From Gemmatimonadota bacterium (lineage in GTDB: Bacteria; Gemmatimonadota; Gemmatimonadetes; Gemmatimonadales; GWC2-71-9): a DNA stretch of 64,000 nt. The notes below the pieces were generated by a model. The model was not told where the DNA came from, ran no database searches, and worked only from the letters and a program-made list of their open reading frames with translations. Positions 9,499-18,022 of the stretch are shown piece after piece. Location: the NCBI GenBank assembly GCA_039591075.1, contig JBDHEI010000003.1, forward strand, positions 26,716 through 90,715, written 5' to 3'. The stretch's first letter is position 1. The number at the start of each line of letters is the position of its first letter. Made by a program: the position numbers and the translations under genes.

Positions 9499-10290
9499 GT
9501 GTCGAAACCTGTGGATAACCGCGAGTGCTGTGAACATGCCGCGACGCTTCTCGCCAACGCGGAACGGGTCACGGTGCTCACGGGTGCCGGGATGTCCCAG
9601 GAATCGGGGGTGCCGACCTTTCGGGAGGCGCAGACCGGCCTGTGGGCCCAGTACGACCCCGCAGACTTGGCGACGCCTGAGGCGTTTGCTCGCCATCCGG
9701 CGCGCGTGTTCGGGTGGTACCTGTGGCGGTTCCGACTGACGCGAGCCGTTGAGCCGCATGCGGGGCACTATGCGCTGGCATCGATGGCAGAGCGCTTCTC
9801 CGACTTCACCTTGGTGACACAGAACGTGGACGGTCTCCACCGTCGGGCGGGCAGTCACGACCCCGTCGAGTTGCATGGGTCGCTGGAGTCCTTTCGGTGC
9901 GCCGACCGCGGGCATCCGTTCGACGTCGGTATCTTCGAAGGATTGGGGGGTTCGGAGCCCGGTGACGTCACGCCACCGGCGTGCCCGCAATGTGGAAGTC
10001 CAGCACGACCAGCGGTCGTGTGGTTTGGCGAGGTCTTGCCCGCCGAGGCGATGGAGCGCGCGTGGACGGCGGTGCAGGGGTGCGACGTGCTGCTCGTTGT
10101 CGGGACGTCCTCCGTGGTGTACCCGGCCGCGGCGCTGCCCGAGATAGCATTGCGGCGCGGTGTGCCCGTCATCGAGATCAATCCCGAGCGGACGCCGCTC
10201 ACCGCGCACGCTGCTCTGTGGTGGCCCGGATCGGCCGCGACGGCGCTCCCGATGTTGGAAGGATCCTTGAGCGCTTTGGGCTCACGATGA
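9499..10290 (+). CDS. cobB: NAD-dependent protein deacylase, Sir2 family
   Basis: VLTGAGMSQESGVPTFR, TQNVDGLHRRAG, ELHGS, CPQCGSPARPAVVWFGE, VVGTSSVVYPAA. The start is placed at GTG 9499, 10 nt after aggag. ORF 9196.. is an upstream extension overlapping the receptor gene. Confidence 0.85.
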   Translation: MSKPVDNRECCEHAATLLANAERVTVLTGAGMSQESGVPTFREAQTGLWAQYDPADLATPEAFARHPARVFGWYLWRFRLTRAVEPHAGHYALASMAERFSDFTLVTQNVDGLHRRAGSHDPVELHGSLESFRCADRGHPFDVGIFEGLGGSEPGDVTPPACPQCGSPARPAVVWFGEVLPAEAMERAWTAVQGCDVLLVVGTSSVVYPAAALPEIALRRGVPVIEINPERTPLTAHAALWWPGSAATALPMLEGSLSALGSR

Positions 10291-11711
10291 GTTCCGCGGC
10301 TCCGTTCCGGCGCACCAAGGTCGTCGCCACCCTCGGACCCGGGTCAGCCGACCAATCCGTGCTGAGCCGGTTGATCCGGGCGGGGGTCGACGTCATCCGC
10401 ATCAACAGTTCGCATGGCGACCCCGCGACCTGGGGAGCGTGGATCGATCGGGTGCGTCGGGTCTCGGCCGACCTCGATCGGCACGTGGCGGTGCTGGTCG
10501 ACCTCCAGGGTCCGCGCATTCGCGTCGGCACCCTCGACCAGCCGCTTGATCTCGCTCGCGACCACCGCGTGGTGTTTGCCCCGGAAGGGAGCGCACGTCC
10601 CGGCGAGATTCCCACGACATACACTGCGCTCGCCGAGGATGTCGAAGTCGGGAAGACCCTGTTGCTCGATGACGGGCTCCTGTCGGTCGAGATCGTCGCG
10701 GTCGATGGTCCGCGCGTCGACGGTGAGGTGAGGCAGGGGGGAGTGCTCCGGAGTCACAAGGGCATGAATCTCCCCGGGATGGTCGTGAGTGCGCCGGCAC
10801 TCACGGAGAGCGATCGGGGCCACCTGGCCGTTGCCGTCGATCACGGGGTCGACTACATCGGTGTCTCGTTCGTCCGCCGTGCCGAGGACGTGTCGATGGT
10901 TCGCGCCCTCGTGCCACCCACAGTCGGCCTCGTCGCCAAGATCGAGATGGCCGCTGCGCTGGACGACCTCGATCGGATCGTCCATGCCGCGGACGCCCTC
11001 ATGGTCGCGCGCGGCGATCTTGGAGTCGAGCTGCCGTTCGAGAAGGTCCCCCTCACCCAGAAGCATCTGATCGCGGAAGCCAACCGCCATGCGCGACCAG
11101 CCATCACGGCAACCCAGATGCTGGAGTCGATGGTTCACAGCCCCCGACCGACCCGGGCGGAGGCGTCCGACGTGGCCAACGCCATTCTCGACGGGACGGA
11201 TGCCGTGATGCTGTCTGCCGAAACGGCGGTTGGCGAGTATCCCGTCGACGCGGTCGAGGCCATGGCCAGGATTATCGTGGAGGTGGAGCGAACCTTCGCC
11301 ACCGGCGGCAGCCGCCGTCGGCGCGGGGTGCTGGCCGAAGGCGGGGCGCCGACGGTGGACGATGCCATTGCGTACGCGACGGTGGTGGCGGCCGAGACCC
11401 TCGAGGTCCCGCGTATCGTCTGTTTCACGAAGAGCGGCTTCACGGCGCGCAAGATCGCTGCCCATCGTCCGACGATCCCGATCGTCGGCCTCTCTACCGA
11501 TATCGAGACCTGCCGACGACTGGCGCTGGTTTGGGGTGTGATGCCGATCCGAGTGGAGGATGCTCCGACCTACGAGACGATGTTGGGCAAGGCGCGGGAC
11601 GCTCTCCTCGCTCGCGGAGTGGTGCGGGACGGGGATCGCATCGTCGTCACGGCCGGGGTGCCGTTCCACGTGCCGGGGACCACCAACCTGCTCAAGGTGG
11701 AGACGATTTGA
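10287..11711 (+). CDS. pyk: pyruvate kinase
   Basis: RRTKVVATLGPGS, VIRINSSHGD, MVARGDLGVELP, ATQMLESM, DGTDAVMLSAETA. ATG 10287 overlaps the cobB stop (ATGA). Confidence 0.95.
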   Translation: MSSAAPFRRTKVVATLGPGSADQSVLSRLIRAGVDVIRINSSHGDPATWGAWIDRVRRVSADLDRHVAVLVDLQGPRIRVGTLDQPLDLARDHRVVFAPEGSARPGEIPTTYTALAEDVEVGKTLLLDDGLLSVEIVAVDGPRVDGEVRQGGVLRSHKGMNLPGMVVSAPALTESDRGHLAVAVDHGVDYIGVSFVRRAEDVSMVRALVPPTVGLVAKIEMAAALDDLDRIVHAADALMVARGDLGVELPFEKVPLTQKHLIAEANRHARPAITATQMLESMVHSPRPTRAEASDVANAILDGTDAVMLSAETAVGEYPVDAVEAMARIIVEVERTFATGGSRRRRGVLAEGGAPTVDDAIAYATVVAAETLEVPRIVCFTKSGFTARKIAAHRPTIPIVGLSTDIETCRRLALVWGVMPIRVEDAPTYETMLGKARDALLARGVVRDGDRIVVTAGVPFHVPGTTNLLKVETI

Positions 11712-11719
11712 GCGGACGG

Positions 11720-12484
11720 ATGGTGATTCTCGGATCGGGCACGTCGTTCGGCGTGCCTGTGGTCGGATGCGCCTGTGCGGTGTGTCGATCGGACGATCCG
11801 CGCGACCGGCGGACCCGCACGGCGGCCGTCATCGAGACGCGCGGCGTGCGCCTGCTCGTCGATACGCCGCCGGAGCTGCGCTTGCAGCTGGTCGGCGCCG
11901 GCATCGACGCGGTGGACGCCGTGTTCTACACGCACGAGCATGCCGATCACGTCGCCGGGATCGACGATCTCAGGGCGATGTCGGTCCGTCGAGGGCCGTT
12001 GGCGGTCTACGGCCCGCCGGACACGCTCGCCCAGCTAGCTCGGCGCTTCTCGTACATCTTCGACCCGTCGGTCGAGCCGACGCCCGGCACCAACAAGCCG
12101 GAGTTGCGGCCAATCGGCATCGCACCGCTCGAGGCAGTGCAGGTGGATGCCGTGTCCGTGCTGCCGGTCGAGCTCGATCACGGAGGTTCACGCGTCTATG
12201 GGTACCGCGTCGGTCGCGCTGCCTACCTCACCGATGTCAAGATGGTGAGCGACGCTGCGTACGCTGCGCTCGAGGGGGTCGACGTGCTGGTCATCAATGC
12301 GCTCTTCGAACGCCCACACCCGACGCATCTGTCGTTCGACGAGGCAGCGGAGGTCGCGCGTCGGGTCGGTGCCCGTCGGACGTTCATCACTCATCTGACG
12401 CACCGCTACGCGCATGCGTGGCTCGAGACGCGGTTGCCGGAGGGGATTGCGCCGGCCTACGATGGGCTCGTCATTCCGTTTTGA
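11720..12484 (+). CDS. MBL-fold metallo-hydrolase (PhnP-like phosphodiesterase family)
   Basis: MVILGSGTSFGVPVVGCACAVCRSDDPRDRRTR plus the metallo-beta-lactamase motif THEHADHVAGIDDLR. ATG 11720 lies inside the longer ORF 11531.. Confidence 0.85.
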   Translation: MVILGSGTSFGVPVVGCACAVCRSDDPRDRRTRTAAVIETRGVRLLVDTPPELRLQLVGAGIDAVDAVFYTHEHADHVAGIDDLRAMSVRRGPLAVYGPPDTLAQLARRFSYIFDPSVEPTPGTNKPELRPIGIAPLEAVQVDAVSVLPVELDHGGSRVYGYRVGRAAYLTDVKMVSDAAYAALEGVDVLVINALFERPHPTHLSFDEAAEVARRVGARRTFITHLTHRYAHAWLETRLPEGIAPAYDGLVIPF

Positions 12485-12530
12485 CGGCGATCTCGCGGGA
12501 TGGTAATTTCAAGGGGCACAAGCACGTAGC

Positions 12531-12566
12531 GCCGCTCGATTCGACTCGGGGATCGAGGGCATTTTT
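12531..12566 (+). terminator. terminator-like hairpin plus T-run after the MBL-fold gene
   Basis: GCC-G-CTCGAT (12531-12540) pairs with ATCGAG-GGC (12552-12560) across an 11-nt loop, followed by ATTTTT (12561-12566). This is one of the few T-runs in the window. Confidence 0.45.
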
Positions 12567-12667
12567 CACGGACCGCTCAGCGTCGCATGGCTCGTGCCTG
12601 AGCGGTTCATATCTCTGTCCGCCTTCAGTGGTTCCCGAGAGAGGGGACGGAAGGGAAGGAGGTCAGC

Positions 12668-13078
12668 ATGCCCCATATGAGGGATGACAAGCCGGTGATC
12701 ATCATCGAGAAATCCAGTGGTGGGTTGGGTGGGTTCTTCCTCGGGTTGTTGATCGGGGCGGGAGCAGCTCTGCTCCTCGCGCCGCAGAGCGGCGAAGAGA
12801 CACGGGAAGTGCTGCGCTCCCGCGGGCGCAAGCTTCGCGACGACGCTCAGGCCAAAGCGGAAGAGCTGCAGGATCGGCTCGGTGATGGCTACGATCGCGC
12901 CAAGGAGCGAATGGAGAAGGGCGTCGATTCTGCGCGTCGGACGTTTCGGGAGAAGCGAGCCGGAGCGCACGATGCCGTCGATGCCGGCCGCGCTGCGGTC
13001 CACACGGCGCGCGACGAGTTGGAGCGGCGCCTGCAGGAAGCGCGGGCGGCGCGCGGGGACGAGGACGAGACGACCTGA
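12668..13078 (+). CDS. YtxH domain-containing (general stress-type) protein
   Basis: Strong RBS ggaaggagg 6 nt upstream. A TM anchor GGFFLGLLIGAGAALLLAPQSG is followed by a charged coiled-coil region, typical of YtxH. Confidence 0.8.
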   Translation: MPHMRDDKPVIIIEKSSGGLGGFFLGLLIGAGAALLLAPQSGEETREVLRSRGRKLRDDAQAKAEELQDRLGDGYDRAKERMEKGVDSARRTFREKRAGAHDAVDAGRAAVHTARDELERRLQEARAARGDEDETT

Positions 13079-13098
13079 GCTGAGCGACGGAACGAGTC

Positions 13099-13962
13099 GT
13101 GCCGTCCGCACGGCGTCGGGGGTGGGCATCGTCGCCGCTGGGTTTTGTGCGCCGGGTGTTCTGGGGTGCCTACGATGACAAGGTGCTCTTCCTGGCGAGT
13201 GCAATGACGTTCGACGCCTTGTTGGCGTCGCTCCCCTTGGTTCTGCTGTTGTTGGCGGTGCTTGGCCAGGTCCTGCACTCGACGGGTGATCCGGCGATGC
13301 AGGACCTCAGCGCCCTGCTGGATCGCCTGTTGCCCCGCTCATCCACCGCCGGCGAGGGGCCCATCCGCCGGGCCGAAGACCTCCTCACGGGGGTGGTCGA
13401 AAGCCGCGCCCAGCTGTCGGTGTTCGGTATCCCGCTGTTTCTCGTGCTGGCAACCAGGTTCTTCAGCGGCACGCGAGCCGCGCTGAACGAGGTGTTCGAC
13501 ACCTCGGAGACGCGGTCCTACCTGCGTGGCAAGATGATCGATCTTTACCTCGTGCTCGTGACTCTGGTGCTCGTGGTGGCGAATGCCTACCTGACGCTCC
13601 GGTTCGCGCAGGTTCCCTGGCTCGGCCGGTTCGCGGCGACCGTGTCGACCTATGCGCTCGGTGTGCTTCTGTTCTACGTGATCTACACCATCGCCCCAAC
13701 CCGGCGCATGCGGCCGGACACGGCGGTGGTCGCTGCGGCGGTCGCGGCGTTGGGGTTCGAGCTGGCGAAGCGGGGGTACAGCGCCTACCTCTCGAACGCT
13801 GCCACGATCGACCGGCTCATCTCGAACCCCAACGCGATCGCGGTGTTGCTCTTCGTTCTCTGGATGTACGCGATGTCGTGCGTGTTCCTTGTCGGCGCCG
13901 AAGTGGCTGAAACGTATGATCTCGTGCGGCGCCAACGGGAGCAACGGGAGATCCTCGCGTGA
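13099..13962 (+). CDS. YihY/BrkB (virulence factor BrkB / RNase BN-like) family membrane protein
   Basis: FLASAMTFDALLASLPLVLLLL at the N-terminus and multiple TM spans. The C-terminal FLVGAEV motif is typical of YihY. Confidence 0.8.
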   Translation: MPSARRRGWASSPLGFVRRVFWGAYDDKVLFLASAMTFDALLASLPLVLLLLAVLGQVLHSTGDPAMQDLSALLDRLLPRSSTAGEGPIRRAEDLLTGVVESRAQLSVFGIPLFLVLATRFFSGTRAALNEVFDTSETRSYLRGKMIDLYLVLVTLVLVVANAYLTLRFAQVPWLGRFAATVSTYALGVLLFYVIYTIAPTRRMRPDTAVVAAAVAALGFELAKRGYSAYLSNAATIDRLISNPNAIAVLLFVLWMYAMSCVFLVGAEVAETYDLVRRQREQREILA

Positions 13963-13996
13963 GAGTGGGCGTTCGGAACCCGCACGCGGGCGGGAC

Positions 13997-15052
13997 ATGA
14001 CGCCGCCGCCCCGCGTCGTCGATCTCCGGAGCGACACCGTGACGCGACCGTCGCCCGCCATGCGGCGGGCCATGGTCGAGGCGGAGGTCGGTGATGACGT
14101 GCTCGACGGCGATCCCACGACCCGTCGTCTGGAGGAACGGATTGCCGACCTCGTGGGCATGGAGGCCGCGCTCTTCTTCCCCTCGGGCGTGCAGGCCAAT
14201 CAGACGGCGGTGTGGCTCCACACCGATCGGGGAACGGAGGTCCTTCTCGAGGCGAACGCGCATCTCGTGTTGTACGAGATGGCGGGAATTGCCGGCCTGG
14301 CCGGCGCGCAGATACGACCGGTCGCGACGCCGGACGGTCTCCTGACGCCGGAGCTGGCAAGAGACGCTTGGCGCCCCGCATCCCCCCATGCGCCGCGCAT
14401 CAGCCTGGTGGCCGCGGAAAACACTCACAACGCCGCGGGTGGCAAGGTGATGCCCATCGCCGTGTGGGACGGGCTGGTGGCGCTGGCGCGGGAACGGGAC
14501 GTGCCGCTGCACCTGGACGGGGCGAGGCTCTGGCACGCCGCTACCGCGCTCTCGGTGCCTCCGGCGCGGGTCGCGAGTGGTGCGGCGTCGCTCATGGTCT
14601 CGCTGTCGAAGGGGCTCGGGTGTCCGGTGGGCAGTTGTCTCGCCGGCAGTGCGGCGTTCATCCACGAGGCGCGGGAGGCACGTCGACGGTTCGGCGGGGC
14701 GATGCGACAATCCGGGATTCTGGGTGCGGCCGGGCTCTTCGCCCTCGAGCACCATCTCGATCGACTGGCCGAGGATCACGCGAACGCCGTGGCATTGGCG
14801 AATGCCCTGGCCGGCCACGAGGCCGTGCGTCCGCTCACTCCGGAAACCAACATCGTCATGTTGGATCTCGTCGGCGACGGTCTTTCGGCTGACGCGGTGT
14901 TGCCCCGTCTGGCTGTGGAGGGCGTCTTGCTCGTGCCGTTCGGCCCCACGCGACTGCGGGCTGTCACCCACCTCGACGTATCGGCGGACGATGTGACCTG
15001 GGCGGGGGAGACGATCGCCCGGGTGTTGGCCACGAATCGGACAGGGGGCTGA
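13997..15052 (+). CDS. ltaE: low-specificity L-threonine aldolase
   Basis: VVDLRSDTVTRPSPAMRRAM..AEVGDDVLDGDPTTRRLEERIADLVGMEAALFFPSGVQANQ closely follows the LtaE N-terminus. The PLP lysine context SLSKGLG is present. Confidence 0.9.
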   Translation: MTPPPRVVDLRSDTVTRPSPAMRRAMVEAEVGDDVLDGDPTTRRLEERIADLVGMEAALFFPSGVQANQTAVWLHTDRGTEVLLEANAHLVLYEMAGIAGLAGAQIRPVATPDGLLTPELARDAWRPASPHAPRISLVAAENTHNAAGGKVMPIAVWDGLVALARERDVPLHLDGARLWHAATALSVPPARVASGAASLMVSLSKGLGCPVGSCLAGSAAFIHEAREARRRFGGAMRQSGILGAAGLFALEHHLDRLAEDHANAVALANALAGHEAVRPLTPETNIVMLDLVGDGLSADAVLPRLAVEGVLLVPFGPTRLRAVTHLDVSADDVTWAGETIARVLATNRTGG

Positions 15053-15057
15053 TCTCC

Positions 15058-16404
15058 ATGCATGTCGTCGTTGTTGGTGCGGGGGAAGTCGGCTACCACG
15101 TGGCGGATCGACTCGCTGGACTCCAGCACGACGTCGTCGTCGTCGACGTGGAGCCCCGGCGTCTCGAATACGTTGCCAATCATCTGGACGTCGCGGTGGT
15201 CGAGGGAAGTGGAACGAGCATGGCCACCCTGGAGGAAGCCGGCACTCGGAAGGCGGCGTTGTTGCTTGCCGTGACCAACGTGGACGAGGTGAACCTCGTC
15301 ACGTGCATGAGTGCGCGCGAGGTCGAGGCGCTCACGACCGTCGCACGGGTGTCCAACCCCACGTTCTATCGTGATGCCCGCAACCTGCGACCGGCGGCCT
15401 TCGGCGTCGACGTGCTGATCAATCCCGAGCGGGAGCTGGCGCTCGAGACCGTTCGCCTCCTCAAAACCACCGCCGCGACCGACGTTGCCGTGTTCGCCGG
15501 TGGGGCGGTGCAGCTGCTGGGCTTGGTGGTGGCACCTGGGGCACCCGTTGCCGGCCGACGGCTGGTCGATCTCGCCGCGGAGCATGGCGACCGGCCCATT
15601 CTGACGGTCGCGGTGGAGCGCGACGGGGCGACGATCGTGCCCAGAGGCGACACGGAGATCCGCGTCGGTGACCATTTGTTCGTGGCGACCAAGGCGGAGG
15701 AGGTGCCGACGGCACTGGAGTTAGTGGGGTATCAGCCCGCCACGGTTCGACGTGTGATGGTCACCGGCGGAAGCACCGAGGCGTACTACCTGTCCCATCT
15801 ACTGCAACAGCACCGGGTGCAGACGACCCTGCTGATCGGGGACCGGCAGCGCGCCCAGGATCTCGCCGAGGAGCTCGACAAGGTGCTCGTGTTGCACGGC
15901 GACGCCACGGACGTCGAGCTGCTCGAGCTCGAAGGCGTCGGCGGCGCGGACGGGTTCGTCGCCCTGACAGAACATGACGAGATCAACATCCTGTCCTCGC
16001 TCGTCGCCAAGCGCGCCGGCGCACGCCAGGTCATCACGCTGGTCAACAAGCAGGACTACATCCCCCTCGCCCGACACATCGGCCTCGACGCGTCCGTGAG
16101 CCCCAGGCTGTCCGCGGCGAACGCGATCCTGCGTCATGTGCGGCGGGGCAGTGTGACCCGGGTCGCGACGTTCGAGGGGAGTGATGCCGAAGCCATCGCG
16201 TTCACGGTCTCCCCGACGTCACCGGTTGCCGGGAAGTCGCTCGCGGAAGCCGGCATCCCCACCGGCGCGATTGTGGCTGCCATCGTCCGCGGGACAGAGG
16301 TGGTCGTCCCGCGAGGGCAGGACAGGATCGAAGCGGGCGATTCGGTGATCGTCTTCACCCTGCCGGAGGCGGCCAAGGCCGTCAGCGAGTACTTCCCGGC
16401 GTGA
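15058..16404 (+). CDS. trkA: Trk potassium uptake system NAD-binding subunit
   Basis: Duplicated RCK architecture with two Rossmann N-domains: MHVVVVGAGEVGYHVA and VMVTGGSTEAYYLS. It is coupled to trkH by a GTGA overlap. Confidence 0.9.
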   Translation: MHVVVVGAGEVGYHVADRLAGLQHDVVVVDVEPRRLEYVANHLDVAVVEGSGTSMATLEEAGTRKAALLLAVTNVDEVNLVTCMSAREVEALTTVARVSNPTFYRDARNLRPAAFGVDVLINPERELALETVRLLKTTAATDVAVFAGGAVQLLGLVVAPGAPVAGRRLVDLAAEHGDRPILTVAVERDGATIVPRGDTEIRVGDHLFVATKAEEVPTALELVGYQPATVRRVMVTGGSTEAYYLSHLLQQHRVQTTLLIGDRQRAQDLAEELDKVLVLHGDATDVELLELEGVGGADGFVALTEHDEINILSSLVAKRAGARQVITLVNKQDYIPLARHIGLDASVSPRLSAANAILRHVRRGSVTRVATFEGSDAEAIAFTVSPTSPVAGKSLAEAGIPTGAIVAAIVRGTEVVVPRGQDRIEAGDSVIVFTLPEAAKAVSEYFPA

Positions 16405-17849
16405 ACCTCCGCGAAGTTCTGCACGTCATCGGAGCCCTCCTCATGTGGACGGCGGGGACCATGCTGCTCCCGACGGTCTATGCCGCCGGGGAAGGGCTCT
16501 TCGTGCCGTGGATGGCGGCATCACTGGGCACGGCGGTGCTCGGCCTTGGTCTCTGGCGCCTCACCCCCCGGGAGATCCGAATCAACCCGCGAGAGGGCGT
16601 GGCGATCGTCGGCCTGGGATGGACCGCCGTCGTGCTGGCGGGGGCCGTGCCCTTCATCGTGACCGGCACCGCTCCCACCGTGGCCGGCGCCGTGTTCGAG
16701 TCCGTCTCGGGCTTCACGACGACCGGTGCCACGATCTTTCCGATCATCGAAGATCTCCCGCGGAGCGTTCTCCTGTGGCGGAGCATCAGCCACTGGCTCG
16801 GCGGAATGGGAATCATCGTACTCGGTGTGGCAATCCTCCCGCTTCTCGGCATGGGTGGGGCACAGCTGTTCCACGCCGAGGCTCCCGGAATTCCGAGCGA
16901 CCGCCTCCGGCCGCGGATCGCATCGACCGCACGGCTGTTATGGGGTGTGTACGCTCTCCTCACGGCAGCGCTCGCCGGACTCTACCTCCTGCTCGACATG
17001 GACCTGTTCGAGGCCGTGAACCATGCGATGAGCTGCCTGGCCACCGGGGGGTTCTCGACGCGCACCGCGTCTATGGGTGCGTTCTCGGCCGCGACGCAAT
17101 GGGTCACGATGCTGTTCATGATCGTGGCGGGGACGAACTTCACCCTCCACTATCGAGTGCTGAGCGGACGGCTCGGTGCGTGGGTGCGTGACGAGGAATG
17201 GCGCTGGTACGTGGGATCGATGGCTGTGGCGTGGGCGTTGGTCTTCGTCGCACTCGGTGTCTCCCGGGGCGGGTGGGGCGTGGACGCGGCGCGCCAAGCC
17301 ATGTTCAATGTGACCGCGGTCCACACCACCACCGGGTTTGCGACGGCCGACTTCGGGTTGTGGCCCGCGTTTGCCCAAGTGATCCTGCTGGGGCTCATGT
17401 TCATGGGTGCGATGGGTGGATCCACCGGAGGAGGCTTCAAGTCGGTCCGGGCCGGCGTCGTGCTCAAGCACGTGGCCGGAGAGATCCGCAAGGTGCTGCA
17501 TCCCCGCGCCGTGGTGGTCACGAAGCTGGGCGGACGCGCGGTGCGGCCGGAGGTCCTGCACAACGTTCTGGCGTTCCTCGCGCTGTACATCGTGACCCAC
17601 GGGATTGGCACGCTGCTGCTGGCGGCCATGGGTGAGGATCTGGTTACTGCCCTCAGCGCGTCCTTGGCGGCCATGAGCAGCATCGGCCCCGGGCTGGGTG
17701 AGGTCGGGCCCGCGTCCCACTACGGAAATCTGGGCGGTGCTGCCCATGTGGTGCTGTCGCTCCTGATGCTGCTTGGGCGGCTCGAGTTCTACACCCTGCT
17801 CGTCCTCGTTTTCCCCAGCACGTGGGCGAGCTGGGGAGGGACGGAGTAG
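16401..17849 (+). CDS. trkH: Trk-type potassium transporter membrane subunit
   Basis: Polytopic protein with repeated pore-loop-like motifs SGFTTTGAT, ATGGFST, HTTTGFAT and GPGLGEVGP, typical of TrkH/KtrB. Confidence 0.9.
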   Translation: MNLREVLHVIGALLMWTAGTMLLPTVYAAGEGLFVPWMAASLGTAVLGLGLWRLTPREIRINPREGVAIVGLGWTAVVLAGAVPFIVTGTAPTVAGAVFESVSGFTTTGATIFPIIEDLPRSVLLWRSISHWLGGMGIIVLGVAILPLLGMGGAQLFHAEAPGIPSDRLRPRIASTARLLWGVYALLTAALAGLYLLLDMDLFEAVNHAMSCLATGGFSTRTASMGAFSAATQWVTMLFMIVAGTNFTLHYRVLSGRLGAWVRDEEWRWYVGSMAVAWALVFVALGVSRGGWGVDAARQAMFNVTAVHTTTGFATADFGLWPAFAQVILLGLMFMGAMGGSTGGGFKSVRAGVVLKHVAGEIRKVLHPRAVVVTKLGGRAVRPEVLHNVLAFLALYIVTHGIGTLLLAAMGEDLVTALSASLAAMSSIGPGLGEVGPASHYGNLGGAAHVVLSLLMLLGRLEFYTLLVLVFPSTWASWGGTE

Positions 17850-17865
17850 CAGCGTGGCACGAGCA

Positions 17866-17885
17866 CCGGCACTGCCGAGTGCCGG
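17866..17885 (+). terminator. GC-rich hairpin after trkH (possible terminator, no U-tract)
   Basis: CCGGCACT / AGTGCCGG is a perfect 8-bp stem with a GCCG loop, 17 nt after the trkH stop. There is no T-run, so its function is uncertain. Confidence 0.3.
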
Positions 17886-17903
17886 TCGAGTGGGCTACCT
17901 TTC

Positions 17904-18009
17904 GAGTGCCCCAGGTCCGGGGGGCCCGTGCGCGCGAACCGCGTCAGGACCGTGCAGGTAGCAGCGCTAAGTGATGTCACGGGTCGCTTCGGGGTGCCTG
18001 GGGCACTTA
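17904..18009 (+). ncRNA. ffs: signal recognition particle RNA (small bacterial 4.5S type); ends approximate
   Basis: A closing helix GTGCCCCAGG (17907-17916) / CCTGGGGCAC (17997-18006) encloses GUCAGGACC...AGGUAGCAGC...GAUGUCACG. This resembles the conserved domain IV core of E. coli 4.5S RNA (GGUCAGGUCCGGAAGGAAGCAGC...GAUGACGCG). The position immediately upstream of dnaX is the classical ffs location. Confidence 0.8.
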
Positions 18010-18022
18010 TCTTCTATCCCCA

